DNA of 62,673 nucleotides, counting the filler, from Globobulimina sp. (taxonomy: Eukaryota): assembly GCA_003354225.1 (NCBI GenBank). It is 32 parts of 32 records of this genome, joined end to end, with 100 filler letters (N's around TTAATTAATTAA, not from the genome) between each part and the next. Parts side by side here need not be neighbours in the genome. Positions count along the whole stretch, not along the records: positions 9,816 to 11,677 come from PIVH01011118.1; positions 11,778 to 13,639 come from PIVH01011119.1; positions 13,740 to 15,601 come from PIVH01011120.1; positions 15,702 to 17,563 come from PIVH01011121.1; positions 17,664 to 19,525 come from PIVH01011122.1; positions 19,626 to 21,487 come from PIVH01011123.1; positions 21,588 to 23,449 come from PIVH01011124.1; 25 more parts are not named here. One strand, written 5' to 3'. Positions 10,890 to 21,902 of this stretch are shown one piece after another. How positions within the stretch are numbered: position 1 is the first letter of the stretch; every line of letters begins with the position of its first letter. The translations under genes were made by a program, and so were the position numbers. The notes under the pieces were generated by a model, which saw only the letters and a program-made list of their open reading frames with translations, did no database searches and was not told where the DNA came from.

Positions 10890-11558
10890 CACTCACCACA
10901 ATCTTTTTTTGAAACATAATTTTGAAACATCTTCCGTGTGTGCGAGGATAATGACTATCGGTTCTAAGCTCGTTTGAAAAATCCACATTATCCAAACTCG
11001 AGCTCGTTTGAAAAATCCACATTATCCACATCTGCAGCTGTACCATACACAATAACTGATCTTGGCACTGATGCATTCAATTCAAAATCTTTATTATCAT
11101 TGTTGTTATAAATGTGATTACTGTCCGTATATATTCTGTCCATGGTCATATTTTGTGTGAAAATTGCTGTGAAAATTGCACACATTCAATAAAACAAACG
11201 ATAATCTCCAGACTAAATTCATATGATAAATGTTCAATAAATGCTTCTAAATCATCCTCCGATGCCAAAAGGTTTCTTAATTTGTTATGTGTTGAAATCT
11301 GTTTATTCTCATCAATCATCATTCATTTCCATCATCATTATACGGTTCGGTCGCGATGGGATAATACCATCATTCCATACATATTGCGACAATATTTTCT
11401 TTGGGATCCATAGTGTACTCATCAATGATACTAAACACACAAAGTTGCCCGCCATAATGTTCATAGTTCGACTGACATTAAAATCAAAATGAACTACAAT
11501 TTGTGAGACTAAATATATTGTCACAGCACAAATTAATATAATTGTTGTTGTTTTGAAT

Positions 11559-11677
11559 ATAATCCTTTGAATATAATAAACATTTATAAAATGCATAAAT
11601 AATAATTAATATTGGAAACCCGTATAAACCGCCGTCTGTCACCATAACCCATGCCGCATCATCTACAAATACATTGA
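11559..11677 (+). repeat. Exact 119-bp direct repeat of the contig start (9816-9934)
   Basis: ATAATCCTTTGAATATAATAAAC...CTACAAATACATTGA is identical at both ends of contig 6. Confidence 0.95.
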
Positions 11678-11777
11678 NNNNNNNNNNNNNNNNNNNNNNN
11701 NNNNNNNNNNNNNNNNNNNNNTTAATTAATTAANNNNNNNNNNNNNNNNNNNNNNNNNNNNNNNNNNNNNNNNNNNN

Positions 11778-12295
11778 ATTTTCTACATTTTAATCGTAGC
11801 ATTGGTATCAAGCCATAAATAAAAACCTTTTCTAGATCTAAATCTAATCCATTTTGTAATATCAATGGTTGTAATACTTGTTTAAGCACAGCCAATTATC
11901 TGCAATTATTTGCAATATAAAATGCAAGAAATATTGCGGTTTATCCAATCGATTTGTTTTCACATTGAAATTAAAATTATACTCAAACCGTTTAATAATT
12001 GGCGCTAAAAAAGTATCCAAAACCCACGATTTATTCTTGTTTGTTTGTGACACAGAGTTTGTAATTTCTAATAAAATTTGATTTTCATTCATATATTGAA
12101 TGTAATATTCCAGTTTATTTTGTGGAGTTTGCTCGAAAACATCAACATTATCATCGATAAGATTTGGTGCTTGTGGTCTGTGCTGTTATGCTTTATTTTG
12201 GATAAAATATCTTTGATTGAAAATAAAATATAAAATAAGCGTAATATTTGCGATGGGTTCGATTTAATGCCTTGTTTAATATCATTGATTTCCAT
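11778..12295 (-). pseudogene. RINT1: RINT1/Tip20 family fragment with frameshifts
   Basis: PIIKRFEYNF...KTNRLDKPQYFLHFILQII matches the RINT1/Tip20 RF.YHF...TNRLDKPEW motif; frame breaks near 12090 and 11862. Confidence 0.65.
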
Positions 12296-12549
12296 TTGAT
12301 ATTTATGTATGACATCATATTTGGATTCAACATATTTTTGAGATAATATTTTATGAAAATGTAAGGTTTGGGGAATAAAATTGTTTTGACATTGATTGGT
12401 TAAAAAATGGTTTGCTTTTTGTGTTAATTGTTTTATTTTTTGTTTTTCAGTTTGAATGGATTGATGTAAAATTATTATTTCTTGAGATAATGCATGTTGT
12501 GCACGAATCTGCTGTTTCTTTTAATTGTATACATGATTGCGGCACAAAA

Positions 12550-13106
12550 ATGATTTTACGTGGACAATCCCTTCAATATATGTGGGAACAGGAGGCAGAC
12601 AGACAAATTGATATATTTTTGAAAGGAAGTTGTAACTTTCAAACGAGTACAACAAATATGTTATTGTTAATTTATGGATATATTCATCAGATTAAAGATA
12701 AAAATTTATATGTTTCTGTTCCTGAAAGTATTATAAAAGAATGGATTTAGCATTTCCAATTGGATTTAAATATTGGTCTACGGCAATACCACTGTTTGCA
12801 GTGCGACAAATATGGAAAGTAAAAATATTGAATCCAGAAAACAATAAAATATCGTTTCAGTTAGGAATAACAGATAGGAAATACAATAATTTGTTGACAG
12901 GAATATCAATCAATGTGTTGGATGGAGCCATATGTGACAAAAGCATGAAGGCAATGCATGTTAAACATAATGATATTATCTCAATAATGTTGATTCAACA
13001 GGGAATGGATAAAGGAACAATAAAATTTGCGGTTAATGGCAACATTTTCTTTTCGGAACTGGTGATAATATTTCATGATTATTTTTCTGTCAAAATTGTA
13101 TACTGA
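12550..13106 (+). pseudogene. F-box-like motif plus SPRY-like protein, frameshifted near 12745
   Basis: LLIYGYIHQ...VPESIIKE, then in another frame WKVKI...FQLGI...NDIISIML...TIKFAVNG. Confidence 0.5.
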
Positions 13107-13165
13107 ATTCTGTGACAATATCGATATATTTTGTACTTATACAAAAAACGTGTTAGTGAAGAAAA

Positions 13166-13636
13166 TTAAAAAACGTACATTGTGCGAGGATATCGATTAG
13201 AAACACAAACAAATAATGAAACTATCACAAAAAATACAATCAAAACCATAATTGTTATTGGTTTTTTCTTCACTTTTACTTGTTTGATTTCTTTGTGTTT
13301 TATTACTTTTTCGTGCGGATTGCTGAATAAGTGATTGGTTCGGTGCTTATTACGAAGTTTGAGGCTGTTTGGATTGTTTTTCTTTTCTAACTTATTTTTC
13401 TCTTTTAAAGCTCTTATTTTTTCCCTCTGTTTCTCGATTTTTTCATAATCCGTTGCCATTTTCTCTGTCGCTTTCCTGACAGCTCGCATTTTTTCATGTG
13501 GATTGTGGGTAAATTTCCTGTGCGTATTGCGTTGTTTTAACATATTTTCATTTTGTAATTTTTCTAATCTTTTTTTCTCTTTTAGAGCTTTTATTTTTTC
13601 CCTCTGTTTCTCAATTTTGCCATAATCAGTGCCCAT
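13166..13636 (-). CDS. Lys-rich tail-anchored protein with a 59-aa internal repeat (probably 5' truncated)
   Basis: M(G/A)TDY(G/E)KIEKQREKI(K/R)ALKEK...NPHEK occurs twice; C-terminal hydrophobic helix ITIMVLIVFFVIVSLFVCV. Confidence 0.7.
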   Translation of the reverse strand: MGTDYGKIEKQREKIKALKEKKRLEKLQNENMLKQRNTHRKFTHNPHEKMRAVRKATEKMATDYEKIEKQREKIRALKEKNKLEKKNNPNSLKLRNKHRTNHLFSNPHEKVIKHKEIKQVKVKKKPITIMVLIVFFVIVSLFVCVSNRYPRTMYVF

Positions 13637-14105
13637 TCGNNNNNNNNNNNNNNNNNNNNNNNNNNNNNNNNNNNNNNNNNNNNTTAATTAATTAANNNNN
13701 NNNNNNNNNNNNNNNNNNNNNNNNNNNNNNNNNNNNNNNTTGATGCACGGAATAAAGTAAACATTCTCAAACTGCAACAATGTAATAAGTCGCCATTGAT
13801 ATCCAATATTTTAAATTCATAATTTTCCTCTTTTGGTTTCATCGAAAAGCAATGCATAAAAAATATCCTCTTTCACAAAATATGGATTTCTGTTCTTTAC
13901 ATTCATATATCTTGGGGAATATATGGGGAATATATGGGGAAGTTTTGGAATCAGAAAACAAGCTAACACTTGTGACTCACTTTGCCCTTGCTACGTAAAC
14001 ATATGTTCGAAAGTTGAACTGCGATTCAATGAACAAGCACAAATTAACACGCTAAAAATACCAAACAAGCACACGTCAAAACAAACCAATGAAAGGAGAT
14101 TTCGA

Positions 14106-15407
14106 TCATTGAATAATTCCGACATTCTCCCATTGTTGTAAATCAATTAAGTTATCATTATGGTCATATGCCTCATTTATTGCAATATCAATTTTAAAAT
14201 ACACCGCATCCTCCATATCTTCCCGTGAAATGGTACCAACACTGCACCACCAAAACAGAAACGTGTGTTTTTTATATGAGAAAATTTGATTTTTCTTTTT
14301 TGCCACCAACCGATTATCCTTTGGGTCAATCAGTTGCGTCTCAACAACAATTCTATTAACCTCCATCGGTAAGGCCAACATTCTGACATAGCCATGAATT
14401 TGATTCCGATCAATACGCTTAAATTTCAAACACCAATTATTATCACATCCAAACTTCTTTGAACTGTACGTTTCATAAAAAAAATCATTCGTTGGCTCAA
14501 AACTGGTAAACATACGCTTCAGCGATGAAAATTTTATGTCATATGTTACTTTTTTATTTATTTTGCATGATTTATTATCCAGTCTATAGCCATCATAATA
14601 ATTCATTTGCAGTACATCGAACATACAGTCATATTCAATACAGACTGGGTTTTCCAATTGTTTTTCAATGGCGTTTCTCGTATTTAATACCCATAAATAA
14701 ACTATATTTATATCCTCCTTTGTCAGTGTTTCAATGCCATGGTATTGTAAACATCGTTGATAATCATAAAAACTGTATGTTACAACAACGTTTTTGATAT
14801 TGTACGGAATTTTGTTTATTCTGAACCCGGTCCGAACAAATCCGACGTTTTTTTTATATTTTTTATCCATTACATTTGGATATAATACGGCTGAACATTC
14901 AAAGCCATTGAAATTCCAAATGGGACTGGTCCAATAAGCGATATTCTCGCGGAATTTCTGCAGATTTATGATATTTCGACCGAATGTACAGTTGAATTTG
15001 CGTTCGATGTATTTGATAATTGTATCAATAATGTCCATTGAAATAAAGGATGCGATGTTTGATTGATGGATAAATCCATATGTTAATAGACGGTGAAATT
15101 CAATATAATTTTGTTTTTGTTTGCGTCTTAATTGCGATTGGAATGACTTGTTTGTTCTGTTTTTGTGTTGAATGTTTTCTTTGTTTTGTTGCAAAATCTC
15201 TGCGTTTCTCTTTCGAACATGTTTGTAATATTTCTTGCCGCAAAATAAAGTAAGGTAGGCAAGAACTAATGCACTGCCACATGCCATCCGCAATTGTCTT
15301 GGTGTCATGAAACGGGATGATGCAGTTTTTGTTCTTTTTGTAGGACTTGATTCAATTTTATTAAAAGACGGACCATAATGAATAAAAGTAAACACGTTTG
15401 GCAGCAT
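14106..15407 (-). CDS. Hypothetical protein: N-terminal TM, F-box-like motif, MATH-like beta domains
   Basis: 433-aa intact ORF with LLTYGFIHQ...ISMDIIDTIIKY, WTSPIWNFNGFECSAVLYPN and YSSKKFG..NNWCLKF. The MATH-like call is tentative. Confidence 0.7.
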   Translation of the reverse strand: MLPNVFTFIHYGPSFNKIESSPTKRTKTASSRFMTPRQLRMACGSALVLAYLTLFCGKKYYKHVRKRNAEILQQNKENIQHKNRTNKSFQSQLRRKQKQNYIEFHRLLTYGFIHQSNIASFISMDIIDTIIKYIERKFNCTFGRNIINLQKFRENIAYWTSPIWNFNGFECSAVLYPNVMDKKYKKNVGFVRTGFRINKIPYNIKNVVVTYSFYDYQRCLQYHGIETLTKEDINIVYLWVLNTRNAIEKQLENPVCIEYDCMFDVLQMNYYDGYRLDNKSCKINKKVTYDIKFSSLKRMFTSFEPTNDFFYETYSSKKFGCDNNWCLKFKRIDRNQIHGYVRMLALPMEVNRIVVETQLIDPKDNRLVAKKKNQIFSYKKHTFLFWWCSVGTISREDMEDAVYFKIDIAINEAYDHNDNLIDLQQWENVGIIQ

Positions 15408-15701
15408 TGCTAGTTTGTGTATAATAAAAACTTTGAAGTAAAGATCCTTTTACTTGAACATTTCGACCCCACCACCTCACCACATGGCACGCTCTCGCAG
15501 TTTAAGTTGGAAAACAATATTTGTAATTTGTTTCGTAATATTATGTATTTTATTATTGTATGGCAATTCTTTGTTTGTGTGGAGACAAACCACCATTATG
15601 ANNNNNNNNNNNNNNNNNNNNNNNNNNNNNNNNNNNNNNNNNNNNTTAATTAATTAANNNNNNNNNNNNNNNNNNNNNNNNNNNNNNNNNNNNNNNNNNN
15701 N

Positions 15702-16161
15702 ACACCAAACCACAATGATTGGTCAGCAACCATTAGAATACCAATAATCAAACAGACTAAACCAATAATAAAACATCCACATATTTTCCAAACATCTTTA
15801 CATTCGCCATCCGCATGAAAAAACTTCCATAAAATAAAGCCTTGCCATATTAAAAATATTATACCTAAAATAATCAATATTATACCAACAATAATAAAGA
15901 CATCGCTACAATTTTCTTGTACATCGCATTCACAGTCACCTAAACCTCCCGAACCCACACATTTATAACAAAATACACAATCGACCTGCGAGTTCCATAA
16001 ATCTGATCTCTCCGTTACGCAATCCTGAAATCCTGCTTCTCCGCCACGGTATACATTGCCATCATGATCTGTGCATTGCCAGTTTTGTATCGTTGATCCG
16101 CATGAACAGTCTACTTGGCCAAGCACAGTATTTATATTAATTATACAGATGCATCCAAACA
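15702..16161 (-). CDS. Small Cys-rich membrane protein (signal peptide plus 2 TM; truncated)
   Basis: Hydrophobic N-terminus, Cys-rich ectodomain, two TM helices. Confidence 0.65.
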
Positions 16162-16515
16162 ACAAAAACAATATTCCTATCATCCTGTGCGAATTTGCGA
16201 GAGTAAATCTAAATATTCTACACTTAACACAATTAGGTAAAACTAGATTATATATATTTAATCAACCACAAATATTGTTGTATCTATCGAATTCTTCCTA
16301 ACGAAAGGATGCTGTTTCAATTATTGTGTTTTTCTTAGTAGGTTTTATTTGTTAGTTAATAAAGCCAAAATGTCTATTTATTTCTCTATTATTTTCGTGA
16401 AATTTGCATACTTTTCGTGGATATCAAAGTTGTGAAATTACAGAACATTTTCCTGTGAAATTTAATTTGAAAAAAGTAATCACGATACAGTTTAAACGCA
16501 CAAAACTTAAACTAA

Positions 16516-17563
16516 TCACAACAAGACAAGGGCAACTTGATCCGGTGTCAAATCTTTGCATTTCCAATTAAACAAATAATACTGCAACTGGCCATCCCCA
16601 ATCTTAAACTTCAACTCTTTCACAAACTTGGAGTTCTCCATCACATCCAATGCATTAAACACATCGAAATCAAGTTTGGCCGCCAAGATCAACGCATCAT
16701 TCATGATCTGACTCCATGGAATGGTGCTACACACATTATAATAAGAATAGGCCGCTCTCATCCCAGTATATTTCGGATGGTTCATGATCGACGAAGGCAA
16801 CTCATAAAAAGATATAAAATCCGTAATCTCCCCTTTCTGTTTGTTCTCCACCACATAGGAATACACCACGCCTTCCCGCCGCAAAAAGCAATGCCGAAAC
16901 TCATCCAAACTGAAATGAACGTGCAATCCAAACCGATTCAAGTATCCTTGCAATAATCTATGCGCACTCTCACAGTCACCGTCCACCATTGGCCGCAAGC
17001 CCACAGTCACAGTCTTCTTCGGCAACTTATACAATTTCCGCAAACGCGGCTTGGTCATCCGCTTATTCATGGAACTGAAGCCCACATCCACCAACTTCTC
17101 TGGTTTGAGCGAGCGATGCCAATATCGATTGGACGCGATCGGTTTCGGGATCACAACGCCGGCGGTATACACCGCCTGCCACCGCTCCTCCATATTGACG
17201 CGGCGCGTGATCTCTTTGATGAGCACCGGCGCCAAGCGGTTACTGCGCAATTTCTTGTGTACGCACAAGAAATTGATCTCCACCATGTTGACGACGCGCG
17301 CATAGATCTCCACTGTGGCGGGGATCGCCGTGATGCAGCCACACAACGCTCCACTTTTGACCACGCGAACACCTGTTTAGTATCGGTACACATTGCCAGT
17401 CATTGCGAGTCACTGTGAGTGCAAGGATGGTGATGGTGACATATTTTCATACCAATATGCCAATGTTTTTTATAGCCCGGCACCATTAAAGCCCATCGCA
17501 GGAAAGGTTTGGCGTAATTGAATCGAAAGAGATTGTCGTCGTCTTCCACGTAATGATTGGACA
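16516..17563 (-). CDS. NMT: Glycylpeptide N-tetradecanoyltransferase (5' truncated; intron 17373-17452)
   Basis: HYVEDDDNLFRFNY...FLRWAL, EINFLCVHKKLRSNRLAPVLIKEITRR, FDVFNALD, GDGQLQYYLFNW and C-terminal VALVLL. Splicing GTATGA...AAACAG restores WHIG-VRV. Confidence 0.97.
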
Positions 17564-17663
17564 NNNNNNNNNNNNNNNNNNNNNNNNNNNNNNNNNNNNN
17601 NNNNNNNTTAATTAATTAANNNNNNNNNNNNNNNNNNNNNNNNNNNNNNNNNNNNNNNNNNNN

Positions 17664-18256
17664 TTTCTGATAAATTCATCTTTTTGCTTTAATTGATTGA
17701 TATGCTCATTCTCTAATTTTCTAATTTTTAATTTAAATGCAAAAGTTGGATCATACTGTTTTGCACATTCTGCAATATGTTGATTTAATAAATCTTTAAA
17801 CTCTCCTTCCCAATGACACGTATTTTCATTTTTTCCAAGCCCCTCTTTTTCATCTTTACCAATTGTATCAATTACTTGTTCATCATCGATAATATTACAT
17901 CTCATTTTGTATTGGGATGAAAATGGACACACAACTATAGATTTTAATATTTGTCGTCGTAGTGCGCGGGCTGCAACAATCAGAGGATTATCATGTCCGT
18001 CTATTATACATTTACTATTATTATCCATTACTAATTTATGTAAACAACCTCTACAATACAAGCATATTTCGTCATCGTCATGTTTCAAATGACCACATCC
18101 TAATTCCACAGCATCACAACAAATCGACTTGCAATGTGTACATAAACATAACGATGCCCGTTCCGTGTCCTTAAATAATGCAATATTCCATCCTTTATTA
18201 TAAACCTTTAATAATGAATATATCTCTTCTTCTTTTTTGCTGATATGCTGTGCCAT
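17664..18256 (-). CDS. RING/TRAF-type zinc-finger protein (3' truncated)
   Basis: CTHCKSICCDAVELGC.H...YCRGCL...C....H, then VVCP...CHWEG...HIAEC, then coiled coil. Confidence 0.75.
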
Positions 18257-18546
18257 TCACTTTTACATTTGGCCCCTACTAGTGTGAAATGACAAATTTT
18301 CTCATCCCTGACCACCAAATTTTATCAGTTTCGCTCGGTATCACCATTATTTGGCATATCTGTGAAAACCTTTATACAATGAAATATATCGTTAAATCTG
18401 GTCATTTATATTGTGGGTATAACAAGTAATTAAATTAATATCCCCACCCTTTGTTCACTTATTACACACACACACATATTTATTATTTTTCAATATATTT
18501 ATAAATCTTCAAAAAAAAAATTAAAAATAGCTACCAATCAAATTGT

Positions 18547-19525
18547 TTAATTAATACTTTTATTATTCTCAATAGGAAGAACAAGATTAAAATCCTCTGA
18601 AACACAGCTGTTTAAGCTTTTAATTTTCGGATTACTTAATAATAGCTCACTTAATATTTGCTTTTCTTGATCTTCACCAATTTGCTTACTTAATAGTTGC
18701 TTACTTAGTATTTGCTTTTTTTCTTGTTGTTTAATAATCTTTTTCTTATCTAAATTCTCATTGGTTACAACAGATAAAACAGTGCTTATAAGAGAGCAGC
18801 CTCCCATAAATATTACATAATAAAACCATCCATTAAATATTTCTTGTTTATATTGAGTAATAATAACAACTAATAAACTCGCGGGTGCCTCACACCAAAT
18901 AAATAAACCAACGATGGAACCTGTATATTTTGCACCAAATGTATTGGACACACAAGTTGGTAAAAACCCATATTGACAGCCCACACAAATCCATATGCAA
19001 CACAACCAAATTCCAAACATAGTTTCTGAAGAAGCAAAATCAATATAATTTATGCATGGTAATGTCGCCACAAATAATCCAACGATAAATGTTTGTAATC
19101 CCATTGATATCTTAACGCAGAAAAAACAAAAACACCATAATTTTTATATAATATTTTTATTTATATATATAACAAAGGGGTACGCAGCCGGAAAAAATAC
19201 AAAAAATTCTGAAAAAAAAAACATTTTACTTTTGCTTAGGGTGCGAATGGAGGCTGTTGATATACAAAATAAAAATAATAAGCACTAAGTATACCTTAAA
19301 TGATTTATTCCAATCATAAAAGACTCCCCATCCAAATCTACCAATACCATTAAATAACGCACCTAAACTTCCCATTAACGCTAAATAATTATCACTAGTT
19401 ATGTTTAAATGTTGATTGGCAAACTCTTTCCATTCCGCAGCAACAAACATTAATACATATGAAAACACAAAATTATTAATCCAAAATATCCAGAATGTGG
19501 CTGTACGCACAGATTGGCCCACTGT
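18547..19525 (-). CDS. MFS transporter, oxalate:formate antiporter (OFA) family, C-terminal half, intron-containing
   Basis: TFWIFW, GALFNGIGRFGWGVFYD, LPTCVSNTFGAKYTGSIVGLF; AT-rich intron between about 19110 and 19294. Confidence 0.8.
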
Positions 19526-19679
19526 NNNNNNNNNNNNNNNNNNNNNNNNNNNNNNNNNNNNNNNNNNNNTTAATTAATTAANNNNNNNNNNNNNNNNNNN
19601 NNNNNNNNNNNNNNNNNNNNNNNNNGTACAGCAATATACAACCGTTATATATAAAAATCGTGGCATTATACCTCGCAAT

Positions 19680-21377
19680 TTGGAAAGTCGCGCATTCCGA
19701 CTTCATGCGCTTACCTTAAACAATAATATCACACGAACATTCGATAAAAACGTAAACAAAAACACAAACCGTGGTAACACCGATGATATTGAGCATGCAA
19801 TTGATAATACGGAAAAACCTACGAATAATGTTCAAGATGAGCCGAATAAGACGATTGTAATCAATTTGGATGACACAAATGAAGTAAAAGGCGCTGATTC
19901 CGACATATCAATGGAAAATAACGCCGTCACTGACCCGAATCTAAAACAAATGCATGATACGAATGTGATAAAAGAGACTGTCCAAAATACATCGGTCTCA
20001 TTGGCAATGAGTACACGTGACTCTGTTTGTAATATTTGTGGCCATTTACAACAAATTCCTTATAATTCTGATAAATGGGCTTGTAATTCGTGCACATTTA
20101 TAAATATTATGAATAATGATAAGAATAAGGATAGAAACAGCAAAAACGTTCCTATTCCTGACTCTGATGAAGATTCGATATCTGATATTGATGATAATCG
20201 CAATGCAGAATCTGATGCTAATTCTGATAGCGATACACTTTCTGGCTTTGATGATCATGAAATACGTATAATTTCCGCCTCCGATTTAAATATTAATGCC
20301 GCTGCATTTGTGCCATCCGATAATAAATTAATTAATAATGATAAACAAGAAATTGATGCATCAAATTCGCCACATTTTGATGATTTGCCGTCGACATTAA
20401 TAGATACGCAATTAACTGCCACTTTGATTGATGATACTAATTTGCAATTAACAATGACAAATTCGCCGACATTTGATGATAAATTACCAAAAAACGATGA
20501 TAAATCATCAGAAAACGCTCCCGATAATAATCCCGATAATGATAAAAAATCACAGGCACTCTCTAACGATGACAGTGAAGGATCCAATGATATAATCAAA
20601 CATTTTTCATCTTCTCTTCAATTAAACATTAATGAATCGCCGTCGCTTAAATTTGATATTAATGACCCATCGCAACGCCGTACTCGATCTGGAATGATAT
20701 ATAATTCACTCCCGACGGATAGTAATGACTTGTTAGTGACTGTGGATAGCAATGATTTGTTGGTGACTGCAATTAGTGATATTGCGCCCATGGACGTAGA
20801 TGGCGATAATAATGACCAATATGGCGATGATAATAACCAATATCAAACACAGAGTACTAATATTATTGATATTGCATCACAAAATCAATCACCTCTCCAC
20901 TCATTGTTAGAGAGCCCTGATGAGACTGCCAGTAAACGAAAACGAAGCTTAATTTCTGAAAAACATTTTGGAGCTTCAACTACTGGAGACAGTGATATTG
21001 GTTATCTTTTACAGAAACAAACACCAAAAAACAAATATAAATCACAAAATAAAAATAATTTGCAACCAGATAACAATTCACAACCAGATAAAAACACAAA
21101 TATGTACGTTAAACATTTGCCTGCGAGTCTTAACAAACCCAACAGACCGCAATATAAATCACGACGGTCACAATATAAATTAGAATTAGTTGATATTGTA
21201 AAAAGGAGGGAAAAGGAAAACACAAACAATAAAACTTACCCTTATTATATACAACGACAACAACAACAATTTGATCATAAAGATGAGGAATATCGTGATG
21301 ATCAAAGAGATGAATATCGAGACAAATATAATCGCCGACCCAAAGACTACAAGGTAGAACTTGTTATCATAGAGTAG
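19680..21377 (+). CDS. Low-complexity N/D/S-rich protein with RanBP2-like zinc finger and PAM2 motif (ends uncertain)
   Basis: CNICGH...WACNSCTFIN; SDLNINAAAFVPS. The last ~40-70 nt may be chimeric. Confidence 0.65.
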   Translation: MESRAFRLHALTLNNNITRTFDKNVNKNTNRGNTDDIEHAIDNTEKPTNNVQDEPNKTIVINLDDTNEVKGADSDISMENNAVTDPNLKQMHDTNVIKETVQNTSVSLAMSTRDSVCNICGHLQQIPYNSDKWACNSCTFINIMNNDKNKDRNSKNVPIPDSDEDSISDIDDNRNAESDANSDSDTLSGFDDHEIRIISASDLNINAAAFVPSDNKLINNDKQEIDASNSPHFDDLPSTLIDTQLTATLIDDTNLQLTMTNSPTFDDKLPKNDDKSSENAPDNNPDNDKKSQALSNDDSEGSNDIIKHFSSSLQLNINESPSLKFDINDPSQRRTRSGMIYNSLPTDSNDLLVTVDSNDLLVTAISDIAPMDVDGDNNDQYGDDNNQYQTQSTNIIDIASQNQSPLHSLLESPDETASKRKRSLISEKHFGASTTGDSDIGYLLQKQTPKNKYKSQNKNNLQPDNNSQPDKNTNMYVKHLPASLNKPNRPQYKSRRSQYKLELVDIVKRREKENTNNKTYPYYIQRQQQQFDHKDEEYRDDQRDEYRDKYNRRPKDYKVELVIIE

Positions 21378-21487
21378 ATGCATGAAGAAAAGCGCAACAA
21401 GTGTCGCTTTAAATCCGGCAATCATCATAGCTATCACAAGGTTCCAGGCACCAAGATCAACTTGAGCAACCGTTACAGTAAATATGG
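21305..21487 (-). CDS. Bacterial cytochrome c oxidase subunit IV family fragment
   Basis: TVTVAQVDLGAWNLVIAMMIAGFKATLVALFFMHLLYDNKFYLVVF contains the K...V..FFMHL signature of prokaryotic COX subunit IV. Confidence 0.85.
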
Positions 21488-21902
21488 NNNNNNNNNNNNN
21501 NNNNNNNNNNNNNNNNNNNNNNNNNNNNNNNTTAATTAATTAANNNNNNNNNNNNNNNNNNNNNNNNNNNNNNNNNNNNNNNNNNNNCTGCAGCTTTAGC
21601 TTGCGACTAAGAGCCATGAAATGATGACTGTAAGTTGAGTGTATCTTTTTAAGTGAAGTATTTTGAAAAAACTTTCATCCAAGACTTAATTTCGGATTTT
21701 CAGACTTAAACTTCAGATTTCCAGACTTAATTTTCGATTGGACTTTGTTTTAAGACAAACTTATTAAACAATAAAGAATCTATAGTTATGAACCAAAAGT
21801 GACACCATAGGTTAGAATTACAATTTATTGTTTTATTTAGAGTGGCCATTATTGTTGGTCAAAAAAAATGTATCGTGAGGACGGAAATCAACAGTTATCA
21901 AA

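Larger units (their letters stand above)
9816..11677 (-). pseudogene. Frameshifted 7TM-RGS gene wrapping across the contig ends
   Basis: Minus strand from about 10410 to 9816 reads IIRKRFPQIVMIE...ARIWLIYY...W.SKID / NWFLNNQHRFGNTKWV. It continues from 11558 (FKTTTIIL...STLWIPKKIL) to an RGS-like LEAFIEHLSYEFSLEIIVCFIECVQF at about 11170-11250. Several frameshifts and stops; homologous to 37802-39143. Confidence 0.75.

Noticed and set aside
13913-13941. G-quadruplex from (TGGGGAATATA)x3
   Set aside because: Only three G4 tracts; a simple 11-bp tandem repeat.
16537-17418. Long antisense ORFs over NMT (and over the Pro-, Lys- or Cys-rich genes)
   Set aside because: Shadow ORFs caused by codon bias and low complexity; no motifs.
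21681-21740. About 20-bp AGACTTAA..TC.GATT repeats (also ACCTAGTATTCGAA twice at about 5695-5726)
   Set aside because: Two or three degenerate copies near contig ends, probably edges of common interspersed repeats; nothing further can be supported.
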